From NCBI GenBank assembly GCA_963923595.1, contig CAWUMN010000001.1:1-42062 (forward strand): a stretch of DNA of 42,062 nt, written 5' to 3'. Made by a program: the position numbers and the translations under genes. Below the pieces are notes generated by a model that saw nothing but the letters and a program-made list of their open reading frames with translations, searched no databases and was not told the origin of the DNA. This DNA is from an uncultured bacterium. Its GTDB lineage: Bacteria; Verrucomicrobiota; Verrucomicrobiia; Chthoniobacterales; Terrimicrobiaceae. This document shows, in pieces, positions 8,993 through 17,074 of this stretch (position 1 is its first letter; each line of letters starts with the position of its first letter).

Positions 8993-9718
8993 TCAGAAAG
9001 GCTTCACTTTATCCCAAGCACGGAGGAGCCAGCCCTTCTTCTGGGCTTCAGTCAACTCACCCGCCGGGATGAACTCCACTTGGGCGTCTGCAATTTTTGT
9101 CGAAGGAATCGTGTTGTCGTGCTCGATATCGACAGGGCGAACCACTCCGCGCAGGTAGGCATATTGGTCCTCGACACCAGAGCGGATGATTTTTGCCCCT
9201 TCGACCACCAAGTTTCCATTCGGCAAAACATCGACCACCGTGACAGCCGTGCGGTTGGTGATCGTTAACTTATTCTCTGTCTCCCCGCCTCCGTTCCACT
9301 TGCCGGAAGCAGCGAGGTCCAGTGTGGGAATCGTGATATTGTTGCCGCCACCCACCGGCACGCTCGTGTTGCCGTTTTTGTCGGTAGTCGAGGGCCCGGT
9401 CGCCAATCCCAACAAACGCGGAGCCGCCTGCAAAAACTGGTTCAAGAACTGATTCATCGCGATTCCGATGCCCCCGCCCCCTTGATATTCGTCACGGGTT
9501 AAAATATTCGCGCTCTGCGAGGTGGTAGTGCTTTCGTCCACCACGATCGTTAAAATATCTCCGATTCCCCGGGCCACTTTGTCAGCGAACATGCTCTGCT
9601 CGGTGTTTCCGGCTTTGACCCAGAGGGAATTGGCTTGGGCCTGCGTGGAGCCGGCTGCAACAGAGGCCACGCAAGCCATCGATAACAAAAGGGGTGTGAA
9701 TTTCATTTTCGTTTTCAA
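8993..9718 (-). CDS. flgH: flagellar L-ring protein FlgH
   Basis: N-terminal signal/lipoprotein-like sequence, SMFADKVARGIGDILTIVVDESTT and ITNRTAVTVVDVLPNGNLVVEG blocks. Confidence 0.9.
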   Translation of the reverse strand: MKTKMKFTPLLLSMACVASVAAGSTQAQANSLWVKAGNTEQSMFADKVARGIGDILTIVVDESTTTSQSANILTRDEYQGGGGIGIAMNQFLNQFLQAAPRLLGLATGPSTTDKNGNTSVPVGGGNNITIPTLDLAASGKWNGGGETENKLTITNRTAVTVVDVLPNGNLVVEGAKIIRSGVEDQYAYLRGVVRPVDIEHDNTIPSTKIADAQVEFIPAGELTEAQKKGWLLRAWDKVKPF

Positions 9719-10533
9719 AATTTCACTTGGACGGTGTTCGAGCCCACCACTTGGGCTTGGAAGTCTTTTTTGCTATCCACATTTCGGATGCCGATCGTCT
9801 CCCCCACCCCGCCATCGGCTAAAGCCATGCCTTTCATAGTGATGTTAATTCCGCCTTCATTGACGACCACATCGACCAACTTCCCGCGACGGACGATCCG
9901 GCGTGGCGTGATATCGGACCGAGAGAGGATTTGGTCGGCAGGAACAGGCTGGGCGACTTCGTAAAGATCCAGATTCTGGTCGGCTGTCAGGAGTTCCTTG
10001 TTGGAGCTCAAAACATCGACCTCTTTGAGTGCGGCGACAGCAGAATTGATCGACACGCCGCGCTCGAGCTTGCGACTGGAAACCCAGACGGGCTCGATGA
10101 GTTGCGCCTTCAAATGAAATTGCCAAACCCCGACTTTCTTTCCTCCCGCCTCCAAGCTGAAGCGCACGGGAAAATTTGCGGAGAGGCCATTTTTCGGAAC
10201 TCCATCGACGACCACTTTCCAATCCTTGCCATTCTTGATTTCGACAGGATTCCAAGGCTCAACGAAGCTCAACTTCAAATCGCCGCGCAGCCCAAGGCTG
10301 ACCGTCAACTCGCGCTGCAAAGCATCCAAAACCTGCGCCTCGCTCAAATTGAAATCGCCCACCGAGGTCACCACCGCCGGCGGCGCGGGCTGGGTGGCAC
10401 GCGCGGGCAAACTCGGGACGGATGGGTTCTTGGGCAACGAGGCCAGCGGCGTGAGGATATTCCCCAATTCGGAGGCCTGAATCGAGGCCGCCGCCGCAAC
10501 GGGAATCAGAATCGCGGTGAGGAGTTTCATCAA
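9715..10533 (-). CDS. flgA: flagellar P-ring assembly chaperone FlgA
   Basis: Signal peptide plus a C-terminal SAF/ChapFlgA block (RRGKLVDVVVNEGGINITMKGMALADGGVGETIGIRN). Has 4-nt overlaps with both neighbours. Confidence 0.8.
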   Translation of the reverse strand: MMKLLTAILIPVAAAASIQASELGNILTPLASLPKNPSVPSLPARATQPAPPAVVTSVGDFNLSEAQVLDALQRELTVSLGLRGDLKLSFVEPWNPVEIKNGKDWKVVVDGVPKNGLSANFPVRFSLEAGGKKVGVWQFHLKAQLIEPVWVSSRKLERGVSINSAVAALKEVDVLSSNKELLTADQNLDLYEVAQPVPADQILSRSDITPRRIVRRGKLVDVVVNEGGINITMKGMALADGGVGETIGIRNVDSKKDFQAQVVGSNTVQVKF

Positions 10534-11315
10534 CGCTTGAGGTTGTTAGTCATCTCCAAGAGCTGATCCGAGGTTTGGATCGCCTTGGCATTAACCTCGT
10601 AGGCACGCTGCGCGAGGATCATGTTCACCATTTCCTCGGCCACATTCACATTCGAGGTTTCAAGATAGTTTTGAAGGACGCTGCCGAATCCCGCCTGGCC
10701 GGGAGTTCCCAAAGTGGGCGCGCCGCTCGAGGGGGTTTCTTTGTAGAGGTTCTGCCCCATCGCCGTAAGACCGGCTGGGTTGTTAAACCGAACGAGCTGG
10801 ATTTGGAAATTCTGAGTGCCGCCCGGGGTCTGGACCGTCACCTGACCTTCAGGGGAAATCGAAATATTCTGCACATCGGGGGGAATGGTGCCGAAGCCGC
10901 TCAAAACTTGGTTACCATCATTCGTCACCACATTCCCGTTGGCCGAAACCTTCAGCCCGCCGTCGCGTGTGTAGGCATTCGTTCCGTCCGGCATCTGGAC
11001 TTCCAAAAATCCGTCACCTTGAATCGCGATGTCCATTTTCTCGCCGGTTTGAGTGAGCTGGCCTTGGGTGAAAATTTTTGCCGTCGATGCGACTTGCGTT
11101 CCATTTCCGACTTCCACACCGGCCGGCAAGAGATTTCCAGCGCCTTGATCGGCTCCAGACATGCGTTTCTTTTGGTAGAGCATGTCCTGAAACTCGATTT
11201 TGTTCTTTTTAAAGCCCGTCGTGTTCACATTCGCGAGGTTGTTCGCGATCGTGTTCAAATTCATTTGCTGGGCATACATGCCGCTCGAGGCGGCTTGGAG
11301 GATGCGATGGATCAT
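10530..11315 (-). CDS. flgG: flagellar distal rod protein FlgG
   Basis: NTIANNLANVNTTGFKK N-terminal block and LETSNVNVAEEMVNMILAQRAYEVNAKAI C-terminal block. Confidence 0.93.
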   Translation of the reverse strand: MIHRILQAASSGMYAQQMNLNTIANNLANVNTTGFKKNKIEFQDMLYQKKRMSGADQGAGNLLPAGVEVGNGTQVASTAKIFTQGQLTQTGEKMDIAIQGDGFLEVQMPDGTNAYTRDGGLKVSANGNVVTNDGNQVLSGFGTIPPDVQNISISPEGQVTVQTPGGTQNFQIQLVRFNNPAGLTAMGQNLYKETPSSGAPTLGTPGQAGFGSVLQNYLETSNVNVAEEMVNMILAQRAYEVNAKAIQTSDQLLEMTNNLKR

Positions 11316-11327
11316 GGCAGTGAGATG

Positions 11328-12077
11328 TTAAGCAGTTGTCGAGCCAAGTGAGTTGATGGCTTTGGAAACCAAATCGTCATGGGAGACCATAGAGCGCTGG
11401 GAGGCCTCGTAAGCACGGGCCACTTGAATGAGATTCACCAACTCCTCCATCGGCAGCACATTGCTCGATTCGATGGCACCCTGAACCACTTGCCCATTTT
11501 CAACCGGATTGGGCTGAGCACCTTCCGGAGCCTCAAAGTATCCACCCTCGACCCGAACGAGTCCTTGGGGATCATTAAAATCATAGAGTTGCAGGCGGCC
11601 GAGAAGGTTGTTGCCTTGGCTAACCGTGCCGTCCTTTGCGATGCTGACCGGGCCCTGCTCTGGATCGATCGTAATCGGACCGCCATCCCCCAAAACCTGC
11701 AAACCATGCCGGGTCACGAGCGTGTTCTCGTTATTAAACTGAAACTCGCCATTTCTCGTGTAAAGGTTTTTTCCGTCAGCACCTTGGATTTGAAAGAAAC
11801 CCGGCCCATCGATGGCGATATCGGTTGGTTTCTGGGTTTGTTCGATTTCTCCCGGCTTGAAATTGATGCTGGTCGTGCGAACCGGCAGCCCCCCCGTGTG
11901 CCGGGCGGCGGATTGCTCGGGATTGAAATTCGTTTTGATTTTGTCGTCCGACTCGATGGCGAAGTTGGTTTTCTTAAAACCAGCGACTTTTGATGCAGTA
12001 AGATTTTGCGTAATAGCAGCCTGCCATTTTTCAAGAGCAGTCAGGGAAGCCGCATTATTGTAAATTCCTTCAAGCAT
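11328..12077 (-). CDS. flgF: flagellar proximal rod protein FlgF
   Basis: MLEGIYNNAAS...ITQNLTASKVAGFKK and IESSNVLPMEELVNLIQVARAYEASQRSM. Lies upstream of flgG. Confidence 0.88.
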   Translation of the reverse strand: MLEGIYNNAASLTALEKWQAAITQNLTASKVAGFKKTNFAIESDDKIKTNFNPEQSAARHTGGLPVRTTSINFKPGEIEQTQKPTDIAIDGPGFFQIQGADGKNLYTRNGEFQFNNENTLVTRHGLQVLGDGGPITIDPEQGPVSIAKDGTVSQGNNLLGRLQLYDFNDPQGLVRVEGGYFEAPEGAQPNPVENGQVVQGAIESSNVLPMEELVNLIQVARAYEASQRSMVSHDDLVSKAINSLGSTTA

Positions 12078-12091
12078 AGTGCTTCGTGCGT

Positions 12092-12107
12092 AGCATCAGA
12101 CATGCCA
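12092..12107 (-). promoter_or_regulatory. sigma54-like -24/-12 element TGGCAT-N5-ATGCT upstream of flgF
   Basis: Minus strand reads aaagaTGGCATgtctgATGCTacgc, with correct GG-N10-GC spacing. The -12 GC is only 15 nt from the flgF ATG, implying a leader of about 4 nt, so this is doubtful. Confidence 0.25.
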
Positions 12108-12158
12108 TCTTTTTCTTATGGCCAAACACTTGCCCCTCCGCCTCTCGGTTAGGCAGAT

Positions 12159-12180
12159 TTTGCCCATTTGCCCTTTGCCC
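12159..12180. repeat. three tandem heptamers TTTGCCC (minus strand GGGCAAA) at 12159-12165, 12167-12173 and 12174-12180
   Basis: Read directly: attTTTGCCCaTTTGCCCTTTGCCCgttGATCGATCac. Lies 80-105 nt upstream of the flgF ATG and is followed by the palindrome GATCGATC. Confidence 0.7.
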
Positions 12181-12252
12181 GTTGATCGATCACCCGATTT
12201 TTGAGAAACCCGCCGCTGCCATGAGATTTTTCCCATTTTTCAGGATAGGTGC

Positions 12253-12522
12253 TCACGCACCATACCACGACAGCGCCCCTCGAAATCCCAAGGTAGGGAT
12301 AGCTCGCCGCAGCCGTCCGACTTGTGCGGCGAAGCCGCCATTGCATCCGATTCGCTCCTCGGAATAGATCTCGATGGGCACGCTCATGCCGGGACGAAGA
12401 AGAACGCCCTCCAAGGTGGTCTCGGCAATGAGGTTGTCTTGTGGACGAATTCCAAATGCTTCCCGCATCTTCGCGGGCAAGGCAATCAGTCCGCGACCGG
12501 GTATCGAGAGTGTGGCTTTCAT
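12253..12522 (-). CDS. SpoVT/AbrB-domain antitoxin-like protein, apparently orphan and 3'-altered
   Basis: MKATLSIPGRGLIALPAKMREAFGIRPQDNLIAETTLEGVLLRPG is a SpoVT-AbrB fold signature. After ...IEIYSEERI the reading frame runs into the 53-nt repeat. There is no toxin ORF downstream. Confidence 0.6.
   Translation of the reverse strand: MKATLSIPGRGLIALPAKMREAFGIRPQDNLIAETTLEGVLLRPGMSVPIEIYSEERIGCNGGFAAQVGRLRRAIPTLGFRGALSWYGA
12303..12355. repeat. 53-nt repeat, copy B (see 101-153)
   Basis: ctcgccgcagccgtccgacttgtgcggcgaagccgccattgcatccgattcgc; 44/53 identical to copy A. Confidence 0.8.
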
Positions 12523-12565
12523 GAAGCCAATTTTTTCAGAAATGCAGAAAAACTGCATCCGTGAG

Positions 12566-13459
12566 TCAGCGCGAGCGGGTGTCGAAAGCATCGCGGAGGG
12601 CATCGCCGAGGAAGTTCAGCGCAAGCAGTGTGAGGGACATCGCGGCGGCGGGAAAGACGAGCAGCCACCAGAAGCTCCGCACCGGATTAATCGCCCCCGC
12701 CCCATCGGCGAGCAGGGAACCCCAACTCGCCTGCGGGGCCTGAATGCCGAGGCCGAGAAAACTCAGGAATGACTCGTCGATGACCACCGAGGGGATCGTG
12801 AGGGTAAGATAAACAAGGATGATTCCGGCGAGGTTCGGCAGCAGGTGGCGGGTGAGGATTTTCGTATGGGACTGGCCCAAAGCGCGGGCGGCGGTGACGA
12901 ATTGGCGTTCCTTCAACGAGAGAACCTGTCCACGCACGATGCGGGCCATCGTGAGCCATTCGATGAAGCCAAGGGTGAGAATCAGGATCGCGATGCGGGA
13001 GGACTGGACGAGCCATTGCAGGCCCTCTTGCGAGGCCCATTCCTGAAGTCCGGCATTGAAGGCGTTGATCGCGATCAGAATGAAAATCAAGCGAGGAACC
13101 GAGTAGAGAATATCGACGACGCGCATCATCAAGGCATCGAGGCGTCCGCCCGCGTAGCCGGCAATAAGCCCCCAAGCGGTGCCGATAAAAAGACTCACGA
13201 CCGCGCCGCAGAGGCCCACGAGAAGCGAGATGCGACCGCCCGTCAGAACCCGGTAAAGAACATCGCGGCCATTGAGGTCGGTGCCGAAGGGATGTTCCCA
13301 CGAAGGCGGCGCGTATTGGTTCGGGCCGGGTTCGCCGAGGGAGGCGGAGAGAAACCCGGGACCCGCCACGCAGGCGAGGACCATGAAGGCCAGGAAACCT
13401 GCTGAGACCACAGCGGCGGGGTTTTTTTTCACCCGGTGGAGGACGCGTGGATCAAGCAT
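12566..13459 (-). CDS. ABC transporter permease, Opp/Dpp (peptide/nickel) family, C-type subunit
   Basis: Six predicted TM helices plus the FVTAARALGQSHTKILTRHLLPNLAG (EAA-loop region) block typical of DppC/OppC. Confidence 0.85.
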   Translation of the reverse strand: MLDPRVLHRVKKNPAAVVSAGFLAFMVLACVAGPGFLSASLGEPGPNQYAPPSWEHPFGTDLNGRDVLYRVLTGGRISLLVGLCGAVVSLFIGTAWGLIAGYAGGRLDALMMRVVDILYSVPRLIFILIAINAFNAGLQEWASQEGLQWLVQSSRIAILILTLGFIEWLTMARIVRGQVLSLKERQFVTAARALGQSHTKILTRHLLPNLAGIILVYLTLTIPSVVIDESFLSFLGLGIQAPQASWGSLLADGAGAINPVRSFWWLLVFPAAAMSLTLLALNFLGDALRDAFDTRSR

Positions 13460-14369
13460 GGGATTTGATCCGGCGGTCGAGGAGGCCGTAGGCGAAATCG
13501 ACCAGGAGATTGAAGAAGACGAGAAGGGTGCAGTAGACGATCACCATTCCGCCGAGAAGGAAGCCGTCACGATTCAGGATCGAGTGGACGAAAAATCCAC
13601 CGGCGCCGGGGATATTGAAAACGGTTTCGACGACGATCGATCCGGTGAGCAGGTGCGCGGCCAGCGGGCCGAGATAGGAGACGACCGGCAGAATGGCGAT
13701 GCGAAGCGCGTGACGGTAGACCACAGCGGATTCGCGGAGGCCCTTGGCGCGGGCGGTTCGGATAAAATCCTGCTGAAGCGTCTCCACCATGCTTCCGCGC
13801 ATGAGGCGCGCGATGACGGCTGCGGCGGGCGCGGCAAGGACGAGAGCCGGGAGGATCAGATGCGAGAAACTCCCCCACCCTCCGGCAGGCAGCCAACCGA
13901 GCGTGAGAGCGAAGACAAGGATCAACAGAGGCCCGGTGATGTAGGAGGGAAGCGAAATGGCGGCGAGGGCGGCGAACATCGCGGCGTGGTCGCGCCAGGT
14001 GGCGCGATGCATGGCGGCGAGAGTGCCGAGCCAAACACCCGCGAAGGTCGCGAGGAAAAATGCGGCCCCGCCGAGTGCGAGGGTGACGGGTAGGGTTTGG
14101 GCGAGGATTTCGTTCACCGAGCGGTTGCGGTATTTCGTCGAGAGGCGCAAGTCACCGCGCAAGAGATCGCCGAGGTAGCTGGTGTATTGCTGCCAGATGG
14201 AACCATCGAGTTTGTATTTCGCGAGGAGTTGCTTCTCGATCGCCTCCGGGATTTTTCGCTCCCCGTCAAACGGCCCACCGGGAGAAACGCGGATGAGGAG
14301 GAAAGTGATCGAAACGACGCAGAAAAGAACGCCGACGAGCGAGAGCAGGCGCTTGGCGAGATGGCTCAT
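13452..14369 (-). CDS. ABC transporter permease, Opp/Dpp family, B-type subunit
   Basis: FIRTARAKGLRESAVVYRHALRIAILPVV block typical of DppB/OppB. Overlaps the C-type subunit by 8 nt. Confidence 0.85.
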   Translation of the reverse strand: MSHLAKRLLSLVGVLFCVVSITFLLIRVSPGGPFDGERKIPEAIEKQLLAKYKLDGSIWQQYTSYLGDLLRGDLRLSTKYRNRSVNEILAQTLPVTLALGGAAFFLATFAGVWLGTLAAMHRATWRDHAAMFAALAAISLPSYITGPLLILVFALTLGWLPAGGWGSFSHLILPALVLAAPAAAVIARLMRGSMVETLQQDFIRTARAKGLRESAVVYRHALRIAILPVVSYLGPLAAHLLTGSIVVETVFNIPGAGGFFVHSILNRDGFLLGGMVIVYCTLLVFFNLLVDFAYGLLDRRIKSHA

Positions 14370-15040
14370 CCGGTTTGGCGGGTTTTCAGGATTTCCTCAG
14401 CCACGGGCAGATCAGCAGGATGCGTGATCTTGAAATTCGGTGCGCCATGGATAACCGGCACGGGGTGGATGCCGGCGGCGATCAAGGCTCCGACCTCATC
14501 GGTGGACCCGGCCCCGTGCGCGCGGATGGCGGCGAGAAGCTCAGGGAACGACGCGGCTTGCGGGGTTTCCATCGCGAAGAGGTTTTGGCGGGAGAGGGTC
14601 TCCTGAAGCAACCCCACGGCGTTGGCCCGATGGAGCGAGTCCGCTACAGGATGCGCAGCCGAGGCGGCGCGGTGTTTGACGGCGGCGGCGAGGATTTGGG
14701 TGAACAGGGCGGGAGTTGCCAGCGGGCGCGCGGCATCGTGAACGGCGACAAAATCGGGAGGATTTTCGGAGAGGGCGAGAAGGCCGTTGAGAACGGATGC
14801 GGAACGCTCGGATCCCCCGGCAACGACACGCGAGATTTTGGGAAAGGGGTTGGCGATGGCGGCGAATTCCTCGCTTCTCAGGGGAGGGCAGACCAAAATC
14901 GCCACGGAAATCTCCGCGCAATCCTGGACAGCTTGGAGGCTCCAAGTGAGGAGCGGCTTGCCAGCGAGCGGAGCAGTCAATTTGTCGAAGCCCATACGAG
15001 TGCTGGCTCCGGCGGCAACGATAATGGCAGCTGCTTTCAT
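14366..15040 (-). CDS. ispD: 2-C-methyl-D-erythritol 4-phosphate cytidylyltransferase
   Basis: AIIVAAGASTRMGFDK P-loop-like signature, VAVHDAARP and FAMETPQA blocks. Confidence 0.85.
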   Translation of the reverse strand: MKAAAIIVAAGASTRMGFDKLTAPLAGKPLLTWSLQAVQDCAEISVAILVCPPLRSEEFAAIANPFPKISRVVAGGSERSASVLNGLLALSENPPDFVAVHDAARPLATPALFTQILAAAVKHRAASAAHPVADSLHRANAVGLLQETLSRQNLFAMETPQAASFPELLAAIRAHGAGSTDEVGALIAAGIHPVPVIHGAPNFKITHPADLPVAEEILKTRQTG

Positions 15041-15127
15041 AGCTGGTTTAAGTTGTTCTTTTTTGGTTTTAAATTGCGAGTCCGATCCAGCTTGACCTCG
15101 AGGTTTCCAGAGTCGGCGGTGGCTGAT

Positions 15128-15613
15128 TTACTCGCGCCCTTCCCAGATGAGGTGCTTGGAGAGCATTTTTTCACCGTCGAAGTGGAAGTAGCCGCGGAAG
15201 GTGCCGCCTTCAATCAGGCCGGGGAGCCAGTGGATGTCGTCGGCCCACATTTCTTCGTAGGGGATGCGGTTCAAGGGGGTCCAGATCGGGAGTGCTTCGT
15301 CGGTTTCGAGAAGTTCGCCGGAGTATTCATTCGCCACGAAGACGGCGCAGTGGAGGCTGTATCCGTCGGCAAATTGGAAGTGGAGTTCGCCACGCTTGCG
15401 GACATTCAAAGGGGTGAGGCCGACCTCTTCGGAGGTTTCGCGGACGGCACATTCGTGGGGTTCCTCGCCGGGTTCAATGCGGCCGCCGGGGGCGTTGATT
15501 TTTCCCGCTCCGAGGCCGCGTTTTTTGCGGATGAGCAGGATGTTTTCAGCCTCGATGACGAAACACAGAGTGGCCCGTTCGCGGGGTTGCCAAGTGTTCC
15601 AGAACTCATCCAT
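15128..15613 (-). CDS. NUDIX hydrolase, MTH1/NUDT1-like 8-oxo-dGTP diphosphatase
   Basis: Nudix box GGRIEPGEEPHECAVRETSEEVGL. The KKRGLGAGKINAPGG and IPYEEMWADDIHWLPGLIEGGTFRGYFHFDG blocks parallel human MTH1 (KKRGFGAGRWNGFGG ... [31 protein letters not shown]), as recalled from memory. Confidence 0.75.
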   Translation of the reverse strand: MDEFWNTWQPRERATLCFVIEAENILLIRKKRGLGAGKINAPGGRIEPGEEPHECAVRETSEEVGLTPLNVRKRGELHFQFADGYSLHCAVFVANEYSGELLETDEALPIWTPLNRIPYEEMWADDIHWLPGLIEGGTFRGYFHFDGEKMLSKHLIWEGRE

Positions 15614-15628
15614 GCCGGCGGGGATGGA

Positions 15629-17074
15629 TCAGGGCAGGATGTTGAGCAGGAGCCGGGGGTAGACGCCGAGGACGAGGATCAGCGCGGCCAGGGCGAAGAT
15701 GGCAATGGAGGAGGTTTTGGAGACGGCCACGGGGCCGGCGCCCTCGGGAGCGGGCTGCCAATACATCGCGCGGATCACTTTGAAGTAATAATAGAAACCG
15801 CTGGCGACCGTTACAATTCCGACGAGGGCGAGGAGGTAGAGGCCTTGGTTCAAGGCGACTTCGAAGATGAAATACTTCCCGAAGAACCCGACGGTAAACG
15901 GCACGCCGGCGAGCGAGGCGGCACCGATGAGCATGGCCAGCGCGAGGCCGGGGGAGCGACGGGCGAGGCCGTTGAAATTCGCGATGTCATCTCCCCCTGC
16001 GGCTTTGGTGACCGGAACTAGGACGAGAAAAGCGAGGAAGGTCATCAGCAAATAACCGCAGAGGTAGAACACCACGGCGCGGCCGGCGAAGGCGTCACCG
16101 ATGGCAGCGAGACCCATGAGGAGATAACCGGCGTGGGCGATGCTGGAGTAGCCGAGAAGGCGTTTGAAATTGGTCTGGGGAATCGCGGCGAGGTTGCCGA
16201 AGATCAGGGTCAGCAAGGCGAGCAGGAAAAGCGCGAGGAATAATTTATTTTGGAAAGAGGGAATAGCGAAGAAGGGCTCGAGGACGCGGATCAACACGAG
16301 GAAGCCGGCGGCTTTCGAGGCCACGGCGAGGTAGGCGGTGACGGGGGTCGGCGCGCCTTGGTAAACATCGGGGGCCCAGAATTGGAACGGAGCGGCGGCA
16401 ATTTTGAATCCGAGTGCGACGAGCACCATGGCAAGGCCGAGGAGGATGCCGGGGTGGTTGGATACGGGAACGACGGAGAGGGCTTCCCGGATGGCGGCTA
16501 GGTTGGTTTGGCCGGTTGCCCCGAAAAGCCAAGTGATGCCGTAGACGAGGAAGCCGGTCGAGAGCGCGCCGAGGATCAGGTATTTGGTTCCAGCCTCGAG
16601 GCTGGAGAGGCTGCGGCGCAGGTAGGCGACCTGAATATAGAACGAGATCGTGACGAGCTCGAGGGCGCAGAAAATCATGATGAAGTCGGTCGCCGAGGCC
16701 ATCCACATAAGGCCTGCGCAGGTGAAGACGGGCAGGATGAAAAACTCTCCCGAACCGCCACCGGCATGCTCGCCAGGGACCAAACGCTGAACGATCGGCA
16801 GGTAGTCCACCGACATCACAAGAACGAGGATCGTCGAAAGGATTAGGAAGCGTTTGAAGAAGATCGACAGGCCATCCACCACATAAAAGCCCGAGGACTG
16901 GAAGCTTTCGGAGTTCGGGCCGATGAGGAAGGTGGCGACAAACACGGCGACCAAACCGCCAATGGCCCACCAAGCGAGGGTGGATTTTTCTTTTGCAAGA
17001 CCGAAGGCCTCGGCCATGAGAAGGAAAATGCCCAAGACGACGACGCTAACTTCCAGAAAAACGGGATCGATCAT
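15629..17074 (-). CDS. nuoN: NADH-quinone oxidoreductase subunit N
   Basis: Polytopic antiporter-like subunit of about 14 TM helices, last gene of the nuoI-N run, with a 4-nt overlap with nuoM. Confidence 0.85.
   Translation of the reverse strand: MIDPVFLEVSVVVLGIFLLMAEAFGLAKEKSTLAWWAIGGLVAVFVATFLIGPNSESFQSSGFYVVDGLSIFFKRFLILSTILVLVMSVDYLPIVQRLVPGEHAGGGSGEFFILPVFTCAGLMWMASATDFIMIFCALELVTISFYIQVAYLRRSLSSLEAGTKYLILGALSTGFLVYGITWLFGATGQTNLAAIREALSVVPVSNHPGILLGLAMVLVALGFKIAAAPFQFWAPDVYQGAPTPVTAYLAVASKAAGFLVLIRVLEPFFAIPSFQNKLFLALFLLALLTLIFGNLAAIPQTNFKRLLGYSSIAHAGYLLMGLAAIGDAFAGRAVVFYLCGYLLMTFLAFLVLVPVTKAAGGDDIANFNGLARRSPGLALAMLIGAASLAGVPFTVGFFGKYFIFEVALNQGLYLLALVGIVTVASGFYYYFKVIRAMYWQPAPEGAGPVAVSKTSSIAIFALAALILVLGVYPRLLLNILP

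Noticed and set aside
12159-12180. TTTGCCC tandem repeats as a CRISPR-like or microsatellite array.
   Set aside because: There are only three 7-nt units and no spacers. The position upstream of flgF fits a protein-binding site better.
101-12355. The 12.2-kb segment bounded by the two 53-nt direct repeats as an excisable or mobile flagellar island.
   Set aside because: The segment contains presumably essential genes (cysS, ndk, pdxA), has no recombinase or transposase, and the repeats are only 83% identical. It is more likely a dispersed REP-like element.
14375-16021. 548-aa plus-strand ORF, together with similar long ORFs at 18636-20165, 24664-25986, 27650-28891, 34693-36324, 36738-38072 and 37988-39010.
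   Set aside because: Each lies antisense to a gene with clear family motifs (ispD/NUDIX/nuoN, nuoL, DUF2334, comM, dnaA, the TPR protein, MidA). Their translations are low-complexity and rich in R/G/E/D/A. They are typical shadow ORFs of GC-rich DNA.
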